A stretch of 64,000 nt of DNA from Prevotella sp. (GTDB lineage: Bacteria; Bacteroidota; Bacteroidia; Bacteroidales; Dysgonomonadaceae). The position numbers were made by a program, and so were the translations under genes. The stretch lies in NCBI GenBank assembly GCA_031285625.1, contig JAITVV010000080.1, positions 1 through 64,000 of the forward strand, written 5' to 3'. A model generated the notes under the pieces. That model was not told the origin of the DNA, searched no databases, and saw only the letters and a list, made by a program, of their open reading frames with translations. Shown one piece after another: positions 1-8,901 of this stretch. The first letter of the stretch is position 1. Each line of letters starts with the position of its first letter.

Positions 1-29
1 CAGGGCTTGTGATACATAAGCTGGACTGA
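1..29 (+). CDS. 3' end of a DUF1015-family gene (partial; paralog of 39767..41011)
   Basis: Frame from nt 3 reads GLVIHKLD-TGA, identical to the C-terminus (..RSGLVIHKLD*) of the DUF1015 protein at 39767..41011; it is followed by the same hairpin and pncB arrangement. Confidence 0.85.
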
Positions 30-55
30 GATACAAGCAGTATAATAATAAACGT

Positions 56-88
56 AGCCGAAGTGGGATATATATTCAACTTCGGCTG
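56..88 (+). terminator. Hairpin between DUF1015 end and pncB copy 1
   Basis: AGCCGAAGT..ACTTCGGCT stem; a homologous AGCCG..CGGCT hairpin lies upstream of pncB copy 2 (~39714-39745). Confidence 0.55.
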
Positions 89-155
89 TGTTTATTTGTT
101 ATAACTTTGTACAAAAGAAGTATATTTGTTTATCAATTAAAGCCTAAACACGATT

Positions 156-1319
156 ATGATTGTACAACATTTCACAGACAACGATCTATACAAGTTCTCG
201 GTCATGCTGGCCATACAGAAATTATATCCGAGGGCATATGTCAAATATGCGTTTACCAACCGGGGAGGGACTCAATTTCCCGAAGGGTTTGCCGATAAAA
301 TGAGAGAAGAAGTAGCAGCGATGGCTAATTTACAGATGACAGCCCAAGAAAAAAAATTCATAAAAACCAGATGTTACTTTTTTGATCCTGTATTTGTCGA
401 TTTTCTGGAAGGATTCAAATATAAACCGGAAGAGGTAACAATAACACAACAGGGAGGAGATCTCAGTGTCGTAATCGAAGGCTATTGGTACAGGACTGTA
501 CTGTGGGAAGTTCCACTGTTAGCCATCATTTCCGAACTATACTTCAGGATGATGGGTGCCGAGCCGCAAAATGTAGAAGACAAAGCCATCGCCAAAGCCA
601 TAGCACTTAAAGAAATGCAAGCCGATTATTCCGAATTCGGCACAAGGCGACGTTTCTCGTTTGATGTACAAGACAGAGTAGTCGCTGCCCTGCAAGCCAA
701 CTCCGGAAATTATTTTAAAGGCACGAGCAATATATATCTGGCTATGAAATACAACACTACGCCAATCGGCACAATGCCTCACGAATGGTTTATGTACCAT
801 GGTGCAGTATTCGGCTATCGCTCGGCAAACATCAAAGGACTGGAAGCTTGGGTAGACGTATATGACGGAAGTTTGGGCATAGCCTTGACAGATACCTACA
901 CCACCGACGCGTTTTTTAATTCGTTCAGTTTGAAACAAGCTAAATTATTTGATGGAGTGCGGCACGATAGCGGAGACCCTTTGTATTTTGTGGATAAGTC
1001 GATAGATTTTTATAGAAAAAACCGTATTGAACCTATTTCTAAAACCCTCGTATTTAGCGATTCCTTAAATCTTGATTCTATAAAGCAAATCAAAGACCAT
1101 GTCGCCGGACGCATACATGACACATACGGTATTGGCACATTCTTTTCGAATGATGTAGGAGCAAAACCGCTGAATATCGTTATAAAATTGACAGACGTAA
1201 AACCGGATAAAAAAGACAAGGAATTTTTGAAAGCGGTCAAACTGTCCGATGTTTCGGGTAAACATACCGGCGATGATAGGGAGATAAAACTAAGTTTGCA
1301 AACTCTGGGATTGGAATAA
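156..1319 (+). CDS. pncB: Nicotinate phosphoribosyltransferase (copy 1)
   Basis: TDNDLYK, EFGTRRR, GTMPHEW (phospho-His), GVRHDSGDP, FSDSL, KLSD..GK motifs. Confidence 0.95.
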   Translation: MIVQHFTDNDLYKFSVMLAIQKLYPRAYVKYAFTNRGGTQFPEGFADKMREEVAAMANLQMTAQEKKFIKTRCYFFDPVFVDFLEGFKYKPEEVTITQQGGDLSVVIEGYWYRTVLWEVPLLAIISELYFRMMGAEPQNVEDKAIAKAIALKEMQADYSEFGTRRRFSFDVQDRVVAALQANSGNYFKGTSNIYLAMKYNTTPIGTMPHEWFMYHGAVFGYRSANIKGLEAWVDVYDGSLGIALTDTYTTDAFFNSFSLKQAKLFDGVRHDSGDPLYFVDKSIDFYRKNRIEPISKTLVFSDSLNLDSIKQIKDHVAGRIHDTYGIGTFFSNDVGAKPLNIVIKLTDVKPDKKDKEFLKAVKLSDVSGKHTGDDREIKLSLQTLGLE

Positions 1320-1323
1320 GCCT

Positions 1324-1962
1324 TTAAGGAGCCAAACGTTCTGTTTGCCAGCCGTTTTTTGTCAGTAAATACTGTATCCTGTCATGCAATCTATTAGATC
1401 GTCCTTGCCAAAACTCTATTAAATGGGGCTTCAATATATATCCTCCCCAGTTTTCGGGACGGGGTATTTTCACTCCGTTAAATTGAATAGAGAAATCGAC
1501 CATAAGCTGTTCCAGATAATTCCGGTTCGGGATTACTTTGCTTTGAGGTGAAGCCCATGCTCCGAGTTTACTCTTCGCCGGTCTCATTTCAAAATATAAA
1601 TCAGATTCCTTGGCAGGCACTTTTTCAACTATACCTTCTACCCGTACTTGCCTTTCGAGTTCGTGCCATACAAAATTTAACGCGCAATATTTATTACCCT
1701 CTATTTGTTTAGCTTTTCGGCTTTCGTAATTAGTGAAAAACACAAAACCCTCAGGTTTGATTTGTTTTAACAGCACTATTCTGGATGAAGGTCTTCCGTT
1801 CTTATCCACCGTCGCCAAATTCATCGCATTAGGCTCCATCGTTTTTACAGATATTGCTTCATTTAGCCAACGCTTAAATAACCCCATAGGATTAGGCAAA
1901 AGATCACTTTCATCTAATACTTTCAAGGTGAAGTCCCTGCGTATATCAAATAAATCAGCCAT
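1324..1962 (-). CDS. pdxH: Pyridoxamine 5'-phosphate oxidase
   Basis: RIVLLK, FFTNYESRK, RQVRVEG, EFWQGRSNRLHDR motifs; likely start MADLFDIRR at 1962 (ORF track extends to 1983). Confidence 0.95.
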   Translation of the reverse strand: MADLFDIRRDFTLKVLDESDLLPNPMGLFKRWLNEAISVKTMEPNAMNLATVDKNGRPSSRIVLLKQIKPEGFVFFTNYESRKAKQIEGNKYCALNFVWHELERQVRVEGIVEKVPAKESDLYFEMRPAKSKLGAWASPQSKVIPNRNYLEQLMVDFSIQFNGVKIPRPENWGGYILKPHLIEFWQGRSNRLHDRIQYLLTKNGWQTERLAP

Positions 1963-1991
1963 AACTCCAATTTTAAAATTCAAATATAATT

Positions 1992-2026
1992 AAAAAATCC
2001 TCACAGACGTCACGTCTATAAGGATC
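1992..2026 (-). terminator. Intrinsic terminator of fldA-DUF2023
   Basis: Minus strand ATCCTTATAGACG-TGA-CGTCTGTGAGGAT followed by TTTTT. Confidence 0.7.
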
Positions 2027-2059
2027 CGGATCAACTAAAAAAACTATCAATAGAAAAAG

Positions 2060-2401
2060 TTATGTCAAACAAACCATATCAGCTTTCCTATCTTTCTTAA
2101 AATACCTGTTGCATTGCTCGCTGACACTATATCCGAGCAATATACCAAGAATGAAGTCCTGTTCGGGGGTTAATAAATTCAAAGGTTTATCTCCACATAT
2201 TCTACTGGCAACCAACAAACACTCCTCTTTCCCGAAAAAGACATTTATATTTCCGTTTTTCAAACGCTGTATTCTATACTTTATCCCGTTTTTATCCAGC
2301 CTTTTCCGGGCTTTATCCTCCATGTCGGAGGTAAGGGTACATAGCATCATACTACGGACTCCTTTTTTGTATTCATAAATGAGATGATGAAAAACGTTCA
2401 T
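2060..2401 (-). CDS. DUF2023 family protein
   Basis: HHLIYEYKKGVR..INVFFG..LTPEQDFILGILLGY..QC.RY pattern; downstream of flavodoxin, as is usual for this family. Confidence 0.8.
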   Translation of the reverse strand: MNVFHHLIYEYKKGVRSMMLCTLTSDMEDKARKRLDKNGIKYRIQRLKNGNINVFFGKEECLLVASRICGDKPLNLLTPEQDFILGILLGYSVSEQCNRYFKKDRKADMVCLT

Positions 2402-2414
2402 ATTATAAATATGA

Positions 2415-2915
2415 TTATATTTCTTTCTTCAATTCCTCTATCCAGCAGGATATCCGTTTATCTGTCAGTTCCGGTTCATTATCATTATCGATAAGCAATC
2501 CTACGAACCGGCCATCGACATAGGCTTCGGAACTATCGTAAGTATAGCTTTCGGAACTAACTTTACCTATCAGTTGGCATCCTTTATCTTTGACAGCGTC
2601 ATATATCTTACCTACTCCATCGCAAAATGTATCGCTATAAGATGAAGAATCTCCACACCCGAACAGAGCCACTTTTTTACCTGTAAGATCGGCTCCCTTT
2701 ACTTTATCGATATAATATTCCCAATCATCCTGCAAATCGCCCAGACCCATAGTAGAAGTTCCAAAAAGGACAACATCATAAGCTGAATAGTCAGCTTTTG
2801 CTTTAGCCACATCATGCAGGTCGGCTTTTTCTACTCCCAGCTTTTTAGCGATCGCATCTGCCACATCTTGCGTATTGCCTGTTGTAGAACCGTAATATAT
2901 TCCTATTCTTGACAT
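2415..2915 (-). CDS. fldA: Long-chain flavodoxin
   Basis: YGSTTGNT FMN loop, GTSTMGLGDLQDDW, ALFGCGD..YSDTFCDG. Confidence 0.93.
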   Translation of the reverse strand: MSRIGIYYGSTTGNTQDVADAIAKKLGVEKADLHDVAKAKADYSAYDVVLFGTSTMGLGDLQDDWEYYIDKVKGADLTGKKVALFGCGDSSSYSDTFCDGVGKIYDAVKDKGCQLIGKVSSESYTYDSSEAYVDGRFVGLLIDNDNEPELTDKRISCWIEELKKEI

Positions 2916-2981
2916 AATTATAAACTTTGTTTTTGTTATAAATTTCTATTCACAAAGGAATAACAACTCAGGACTACAAGC

Positions 2982-3001
2982 AATACCGAATAATAATGAT
3001 A
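2982..3001. promoter_or_regulatory. Imperfect 20-bp palindromic box abutting the -33 element of the fldA promoter
   Basis: Minus strand TATCATTATTATTCGGTATT, then G, a 20-nt spacer and TTCCTTTG (-7-like); 15/20 match to the box at 15374..15393. Confidence 0.45.
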
Positions 3002-3071
3002 TTTGCATTAAATATTAATTATTTGTAGGTAAATAAGTTCTATAAAATAATTATTGTCGTATCAAACTTTT

Positions 3072-3172
3072 TCGTCATTGCGAATTACGAAGTAATCGGC
3101 GGAGCCAACAAAAGTGAAGCAATCCAGAGAGGAATAAACCGGATTGCTTCGGATAAATCCTCGCAATGACGA
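3072..3172. repeat. REP-like nested palindromic element
   Basis: TCGTCATTGCGA (3072-3083) / TCGCAATGACGA (3161-3172) outer inverted repeat with inner GAAGCAATCC / GGATTGCTTC stem; GC-rich within an AT-rich spacer. Confidence 0.8.
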
Positions 3173-3230
3173 GAAGTAAGCACGTTATTAATTTTTATTG
3201 ATTACTTGTCTGTCGAAAAGAATAAAAACA

Positions 3231-3263
3231 AAAAAAGCGAACTGAAAAAATCAATTCGCTTTT
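3231..3263 (-). terminator. Terminator of rplU-rpmA
   Basis: AAAAGCGAA..TTCGCTTTT stem with a U-run on the minus strand. Confidence 0.7.
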
Positions 3264-3287
3264 ATATAATAAACTGTATTCTTAAAT

Positions 3288-3551
3288 TTAAGCTTCTGCT
3301 TGTGGAAGAACAGAGACAAACGATCTGTCGTTTTTCTTCTTGCGGAACGATACTACACCGTCTACCAAAGCAAACAAAGTATGGTCTTTACCGATACCTA
3401 CGTTTTCGCCCGGATGATGAGTTGTACCTCTCTGACGAACTATAATGTTTCCTGCTTTGACAGCTTCTCCACCAAATATTTTAACGCCTAATCGTTTACT
3501 TTCCGATTCACGGCCGTTTTTCGAACTACCTACACCTTTCTTGTGTGCCAT
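3288..3551 (-). CDS. rpmA: 50S ribosomal protein L27
   Basis: [34 protein letters not shown]. Confidence 0.99.
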   Translation of the reverse strand: MAHKKGVGSSKNGRESESKRLGVKIFGGEAVKAGNIIVRQRGTTHHPGENVGIGKDHTLFALVDGVVSFRKKKNDRSFVSVLPQAEA

Positions 3552-3571
3552 TTTCTTCTGTTTTTAACTGA

Positions 3572-3883
3572 TTAAGCAATAATTTCTTTAACTACAACTT
3601 CTGAAAATTGTTGACGGTGACCGTTTAGTTTGCGGTATCCTTTTCTTCTTTTCTTGTGGAAAATAAGAACCTTATCTCCTTTAGCCTGAGATATAACCTC
3701 TACCACTACTTTTGCACCTTCTACAGTTGGAGTTCCTACTGTTACTGTGCCACCATTATCTACTAATAATACTTTTTCGAACTCTACTTGAGAGCCATTT
3801 TCTGCGTTAATTCTGTGAACAAACAACTTTTGGTCTTTCTCAACCTTCATTTGTTGTCCCTGAATGTCTACAATTACGTACAT
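3572..3883 (-). CDS. rplU: 50S ribosomal protein L21
   Basis: [30 protein letters not shown]; upstream of rpmA. Confidence 0.99.
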   Translation of the reverse strand: MYVIVDIQGQQMKVEKDQKLFVHRINAENGSQVEFEKVLLVDNGGTVTVGTPTVEGAKVVVEVISQAKGDKVLIFHKKRRKGYRKLNGHRQQFSEVVVKEIIA

Positions 3884-4008
3884 TTGTTATGTAATTTATA
3901 GGTTATGTGCCTGAGGCGAACCACTTTATGTGTGGTTTCTTGTTGGCCTATTGGCAATCGGGTTGCAAAGATAATAAATCGTTGCGAAAATTCAAATATT
4001 TTCGAGGA

Positions 4009-4506
4009 TTATCTTGTTTCTTTTACTTTAAGTTCACCGGTTATACCATCGGGAATACGGTTGGGGTCTATGCCTACATCCGGTGCCATTTTTCTGAGGT
4101 CCTCAGATGTGATATTACCATATGTTGTAAGTACTCTGTTGGATATTAAATATTTAGATATTCTTGTTCCCCCTTTTATGTCTTCAATATATATTGAATC
4201 ACCTTTAATAATATATGATTCGGTTATTTCATTGATAAGCCCGGATGTTCCTTCAGTATCTTTTTCCCTTTTAGTGGTTTTTACGTTTAATTCAGTGAAT
4301 GATCTGGTTGTGTCATTTTCTTTTGTGTCTTCCTCAAATGCGTAATTCATTGATGTGTCCAGAGCAGAATCGTTTGTTCTTATTGTTCGCTCAACTGTTT
4401 TCCATTCGCCTGTTATAACCGGTTTATCCTCATTTCCACTATCGCATGAAGAAATAGAAAGGCTGATTATCAGTAGGGCGGCCAGGTGTGTAATAATATT
4501 TTTCAT
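4009..4506 (-). CDS. Hypothetical lipoprotein, possibly lipocalin-like
   Basis: Lipobox ISSC followed by acidic DSGNED; ITGEWK resembles the lipocalin GxW motif. Confidence 0.65.
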   Translation of the reverse strand: MKNIITHLAALLIISLSISSCDSGNEDKPVITGEWKTVERTIRTNDSALDTSMNYAFEEDTKENDTTRSFTELNVKTTKREKDTEGTSGLINEITESYIIKGDSIYIEDIKGGTRISKYLISNRVLTTYGNITSEDLRKMAPDVGIDPNRIPDGITGELKVKETR

Positions 4507-4743
4507 TTGTAATCTGTTTGTCCTGCAAATATATACATATTTATTATAATGCAGTCTGTTATGATTGATTTTAAGATTTACTATCCATTAAACGAAATTT
4601 ATATTTATATATTGTGTTTGTGTCAATATGAAATAATAAATCATAAATATATGTCATATTTCTATTTTAATTTGCTTTGAATGATAAAATGATATATATT
4701 TGTGGGCTATATTAAATGTAAATGAATAAACTGTAATATAAGT

Positions 4744-6411
4744 ATGTGTGGATTTGTAGGTGTTTTTGACCTGATGCAAAGTATGGATGTCTTGCGCGGA
4801 CAGGTTCTGCGGATGGCGAAGAAGATCAGGCATCGGGGCCCGGATTGGTCGGGTGTATATTGTGGTGAGAAATCAATTCTGGCACATGAACGGTTATCCA
4901 TCGTTGGAATTGATTCCGGTAAACAGCCATTGTATAGCAAAGATGGAAAACTTGTACTGGCTGTAAATGGTGAGATCTATAATCACAAAGAAATTAGGAA
5001 CAGGTATCCTGAATACGAATTTCTTACACACTCTGATTGTGAGGTTATTCTTGCATTGTATAAAGATAAGGGGGTTGGTCTGTTTGAAGATCTGAATGGT
5101 ATATTCGCTTTCGCATTGTATGATGTCGAAAATGATATATGTTTGATTGGTCGCGATCATATGGGTATAATCCCGTTGTATATGGGGTATGATGATTTTG
5201 GGCAATTTTATGTAGCCAGCGAATTAAAGGCATTAGAAGGTGTTTGCCCTAACATTCAGGAGTTTTTGCCGGGTTATTATTTGTATAGTGCTGAGGGTAA
5301 TGATCTGCAGAGATGGTATAAACGTGACTGGATGGATTATGGTAATGTTAAAGATAATGATTCCGATGTTGGGAAATTAAGAAATGCGTTAGAGGATGCT
5401 GTTCATCGCCAGCTAATGTCGGATGTGCCTTATGGGGTTTTACTTTCCGGCGGCTTGGATTCTTCTATTATTTCGGCTGTAGCAAAACGTTATGCTGCCC
5501 GGCGTATCGAAGACGATAATAAGACAGAGGCCTGGTGGCCGCAACTTCATTCATTTGCCGTAGGATTAAAGGATGCTCCAGATCTGATAGCTGCAAGAAA
5601 GGTAGCGGAATATATCGGTACTGTACATCATGAGATTCATTTTACGGTCGAGGAAGCTTTGGATGCATTGAGCGATGTGATTTATCATATAGAGACATAT
5701 GATGTAACTACTGTGCGGGCATCTACGCCAATGTATTTGCTTGCCCGTTTTATTAAATCAATGGGAGTAAAGATGGTTTTGTCAGGTGAAGGTTCCGACG
5801 AATTGTTTGGCGGCTATTTGTACTTTCATAAGGCTCCGGATGCAAAAGCATTTCATGAGGAAACTGTCCGTAAGCTGGATAGGCTTCATTTGTATGACTG
5901 TTTGCGTGCCAATAAATCACTTGCCGCATGGGGGGTAGAGGGACGTGTGCCTTTTCTTGATAAAGAATTTATGGATGTAGCTATGCGTCTGAATCCTCAG
6001 GATAAAATGTGTGGAAATGGTAAAATAGAAAAATATATACTTCGTAAAGCTTTTGAAGATTACCTGCCCGAAAGTGTAGCCTGGCGACAAAAAGAACAGT
6101 TTTCTGATGGAGTGGGTTATAGCTGGATTGATTCTCTGAAAGAAATGGCTGAAAAGAAAATTTCGGATAAGCAGATGATGCATGCTTCGGAACGTTTTCC
6201 TATCAATCCTCCTCTGTCGAAAGAGGAATATTGGTATCGTACGATATTTGAGAGTCACTTCCCTTCGGCTTCTGCTGCACAAACGGTGCCATCTGTGCCA
6301 TCTGTGGCTTGTAGTACAGCTACGGCTCTGGAGTGGGATGAGTCTTTTAAGAATAGAGTCGATCCGTCGGGCCGATCTGTTAAGGCGGTTCATGAAGAGG
6401 CATATGAATAA
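4744..6411 (+). CDS. asnB: Asparagine synthetase B (glutamine-hydrolysing)
   Basis: N-terminal MCG (Ntn GATase), RHRGPD, NGEIYNH, LSGGLDSS, SGEGSDELFGGY. Confidence 0.97.
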   Translation: MCGFVGVFDLMQSMDVLRGQVLRMAKKIRHRGPDWSGVYCGEKSILAHERLSIVGIDSGKQPLYSKDGKLVLAVNGEIYNHKEIRNRYPEYEFLTHSDCEVILALYKDKGVGLFEDLNGIFAFALYDVENDICLIGRDHMGIIPLYMGYDDFGQFYVASELKALEGVCPNIQEFLPGYYLYSAEGNDLQRWYKRDWMDYGNVKDNDSDVGKLRNALEDAVHRQLMSDVPYGVLLSGGLDSSIISAVAKRYAARRIEDDNKTEAWWPQLHSFAVGLKDAPDLIAARKVAEYIGTVHHEIHFTVEEALDALSDVIYHIETYDVTTVRASTPMYLLARFIKSMGVKMVLSGEGSDELFGGYLYFHKAPDAKAFHEETVRKLDRLHLYDCLRANKSLAAWGVEGRVPFLDKEFMDVAMRLNPQDKMCGNGKIEKYILRKAFEDYLPESVAWRQKEQFSDGVGYSWIDSLKEMAEKKISDKQMMHASERFPINPPLSKEEYWYRTIFESHFPSASAAQTVPSVPSVACSTATALEWDESFKNRVDPSGRSVKAVHEEAYE

Positions 6412-6416
6412 TATTT

Positions 6417-6442
6417 AAGGAGGCTGTTTGTCTCCTTTTTTT
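6417..6442 (+). terminator. Terminator after asnB
   Basis: AAGGAGGC..GTCTCCTT followed by a T-run. Confidence 0.6.
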
Positions 6443-6728
6443 ATAATATATCTGTTATGGCTAAGAGATATTTTGATGTAAAAACATAGTTAAATAAATT
6501 AAAGAGACGTGATATCAAATATAAACTTGTCATTTGTAAATCATTTGAACTTTCGGTCTGTCTTTATGTTTTATTTTTTAAACTTAATAAGAGCAAAAAG
6601 ATTTTTTATTATATTAAAAATGAAAAAATGTTATATATTTCTTGCGAAAACGAATAATTTGTATGAAATTTGCATCGTAAAGAATTAATAGTATATAAAA
6701 CATCAAAATATAGGTTGTAAAATAGAAA

Positions 6729-7571
6729 ATGAATAATCTGAAATTTACTAAAATGCAGGGTGCCGGCAATGATTATATCTATGTAAATGGATTTGATCAA
6801 AAGATAGATGACCCCTCGGCATTCGCAATTAAACTAAGTAATCGTCATTTTGGTATTGGTTCAGATGGTCTGGTTCTTATTCTACCTTCAGATATATGTG
6901 ATTTCAGAATGCAGATGTTCAACTCTGATGGTTCTGAGGCAGAGATGTGTGGAAATGCGTCCCGCTGTGTTGGAAAATATGTGTATGATAACGGTCTGAC
7001 TACAAAAAAAGAAATTACACTGGAAACAAAAGCAGGGATAAAATATATCACATTGCTGGACGGGGATAAGAAAGCCCGGAAAATAACTGTAGATATGGGA
7101 GAGCCAATCCTTGATCCCGTACTGATTCCTGTGAAAATAGATAAAGAACCTGTTCTGAACTACCCTTTGGATATAGATGGTAAGATATGGGAAATATCCT
7201 GCGTTTCAATGGGAAATCCGCATGCTGTAGTGTTTACTACAGGTATAAAGGATTTCGATCTGCCTGTACTGGGACCGAAATTTGAGAAACATTCTATATT
7301 TCCACGAAAGATAAATACTGAATTTATCGAAATCGTCGATCGCCAAACTCTAAATATGCGTGTTTGGGAACGTGGGGCGGGAGAAACTTTGGCTTGTGGT
7401 ACAGGAGCCTGTGCTGCTGCGGTTGCCGCTATACTTAATGGCTATTGTGATCGTAAAATAACGATCCATTTGCTTGGTGGTGATCTTGAAATAGAATGGA
7501 ATCAGAAAAATAATCATGTATATATGACAGGTGAAGCTGTTACTGTCTTTGATGGTGAGTTGATTAATTAG
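6729..7571 (+). CDS. dapF: Diaminopimelate epimerase
   Basis: KMQGAGND, EMCGNA, MGNPH, ERGAGETLACGTG. Confidence 0.97.
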   Translation: MNNLKFTKMQGAGNDYIYVNGFDQKIDDPSAFAIKLSNRHFGIGSDGLVLILPSDICDFRMQMFNSDGSEAEMCGNASRCVGKYVYDNGLTTKKEITLETKAGIKYITLLDGDKKARKITVDMGEPILDPVLIPVKIDKEPVLNYPLDIDGKIWEISCVSMGNPHAVVFTTGIKDFDLPVLGPKFEKHSIFPRKINTEFIEIVDRQTLNMRVWERGAGETLACGTGACAAAVAAILNGYCDRKITIHLLGGDLEIEWNQKNNHVYMTGEAVTVFDGELIN

Positions 7572-7638
7572 TAATTTAAATAAAAACAGATAATATCGCA
7601 TTGGAGTATTTATCTAATTGTTATATTGAAGAAATTAT

Positions 7639-8871
7639 ATGGCATTCATAAACGAAAATTATACTAAACTTCCGGGTAGTTATTTATTCTCGGATATTGC
7701 ACGCAAAGTAAATGATTTTAAAGCAGCTCATCCTGATGCAAATGTTATTCGCCTGGGAATAGGTGATGTAACAAAACCTCTTCCGGCAGCGGTTATTGAA
7801 GCACTGCATTCTGCTGTAGACGAAATGGCAGACGCTTCTACATTCAGAGGATATGGTCCTGAGCAGGGATATGACTTTTTGGTAAATACTATTGTAGAAA
7901 ATGATTATAAGGTCCGTGGATTGGATATATCTGCTGACGAAATTTTTGTGAGTGACGGATCGAAGAGTGATACCGGAAATATAGGAGATATTCTCGGGCT
8001 GGATAATATAGTTGCTATCACAGACCCTGTATATCCCGTATATGTGGATACGAATGTAATGGCTGGTCGTGCAGGCGAGTTACAGGTAAATGGTAAGTGG
8101 GATAAACTGGTATATATACCATGCACTTCTGAGAATGATTTTGTTCCATCATTGCCGAACGGGAAAGTTGATATTGTTTACTTATGCTATCCTAATAATC
8201 CGACAGGAACAACATTAACAAAAGACCAATTAAAAGTGTGGGTAGATTATGCCCTTAAAAATAAAGTACTCATTCTTTTTGATAGCGCTTATGAGGCATT
8301 TATTACAGAAGATAATGTTCCCCATAGTATATATGAAATAGAAGGAGCAAAGGAAGTTGCTATAGAATTTCGTAGTTTTTCAAAAACAGCCGGATTTACA
8401 GGTACACGATGTGCTTATACTGTAGTTCCTAAAGCTGTAATGGGATATACTAAATCAGGAGTAAAAGTCTCTTTGAATAAACTTTGGAACAGGCGTCATA
8501 CGACTAAGTTTAATGGCGTACCCTATATTATACAACGTGCAGCTGAAGCTTGTTATTCTCAAACAGGGAAAAAACAAGTGAAAGCTACCATTAATTATTA
8601 CCTGAATAATGCAAAAATTATTAGAGAAGCATTAACTCTTCAGGGGCTTCAGGTATACGGAGGAATAAATTCTCCTTATATTTGGGTGAAAACGCCTAAA
8701 GGGATGACTTCCTGGGGATTCTTTGACTATTTGTTGAATGATCTTAATATTGTAGGAACACCCGGAGTCGGCTTTGGGCCTAGTGGAGAAGGATATTTAC
8801 GGTTAACGGCATTCGGTTCATTAGAAAATACAAACGAAGCGGTTAGCCGGCTTAAAAAGATTACCATTTGA
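7639..8871 (+). CDS. dapL: LL-diaminopimelate aminotransferase
   Basis: [41 protein letters not shown]. Confidence 0.95.
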   Translation: MAFINENYTKLPGSYLFSDIARKVNDFKAAHPDANVIRLGIGDVTKPLPAAVIEALHSAVDEMADASTFRGYGPEQGYDFLVNTIVENDYKVRGLDISADEIFVSDGSKSDTGNIGDILGLDNIVAITDPVYPVYVDTNVMAGRAGELQVNGKWDKLVYIPCTSENDFVPSLPNGKVDIVYLCYPNNPTGTTLTKDQLKVWVDYALKNKVLILFDSAYEAFITEDNVPHSIYEIEGAKEVAIEFRSFSKTAGFTGTRCAYTVVPKAVMGYTKSGVKVSLNKLWNRRHTTKFNGVPYIIQRAAEACYSQTGKKQVKATINYYLNNAKIIREALTLQGLQVYGGINSPYIWVKTPKGMTSWGFFDYLLNDLNIVGTPGVGFGPSGEGYLRLTAFGSLENTNEAVSRLKKITI

Positions 8872-8901
8872 TAAATCTTATAACTCAATAAAAGTAAATT
8901 T

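Noticed and set aside
3884-3970. Possible L21 leader RNA (AACCAC/GTGGTT hairpin in the rplU 5' UTR)
   Set aside because: A single short stem; it cannot be distinguished from ordinary UTR structure without an alignment
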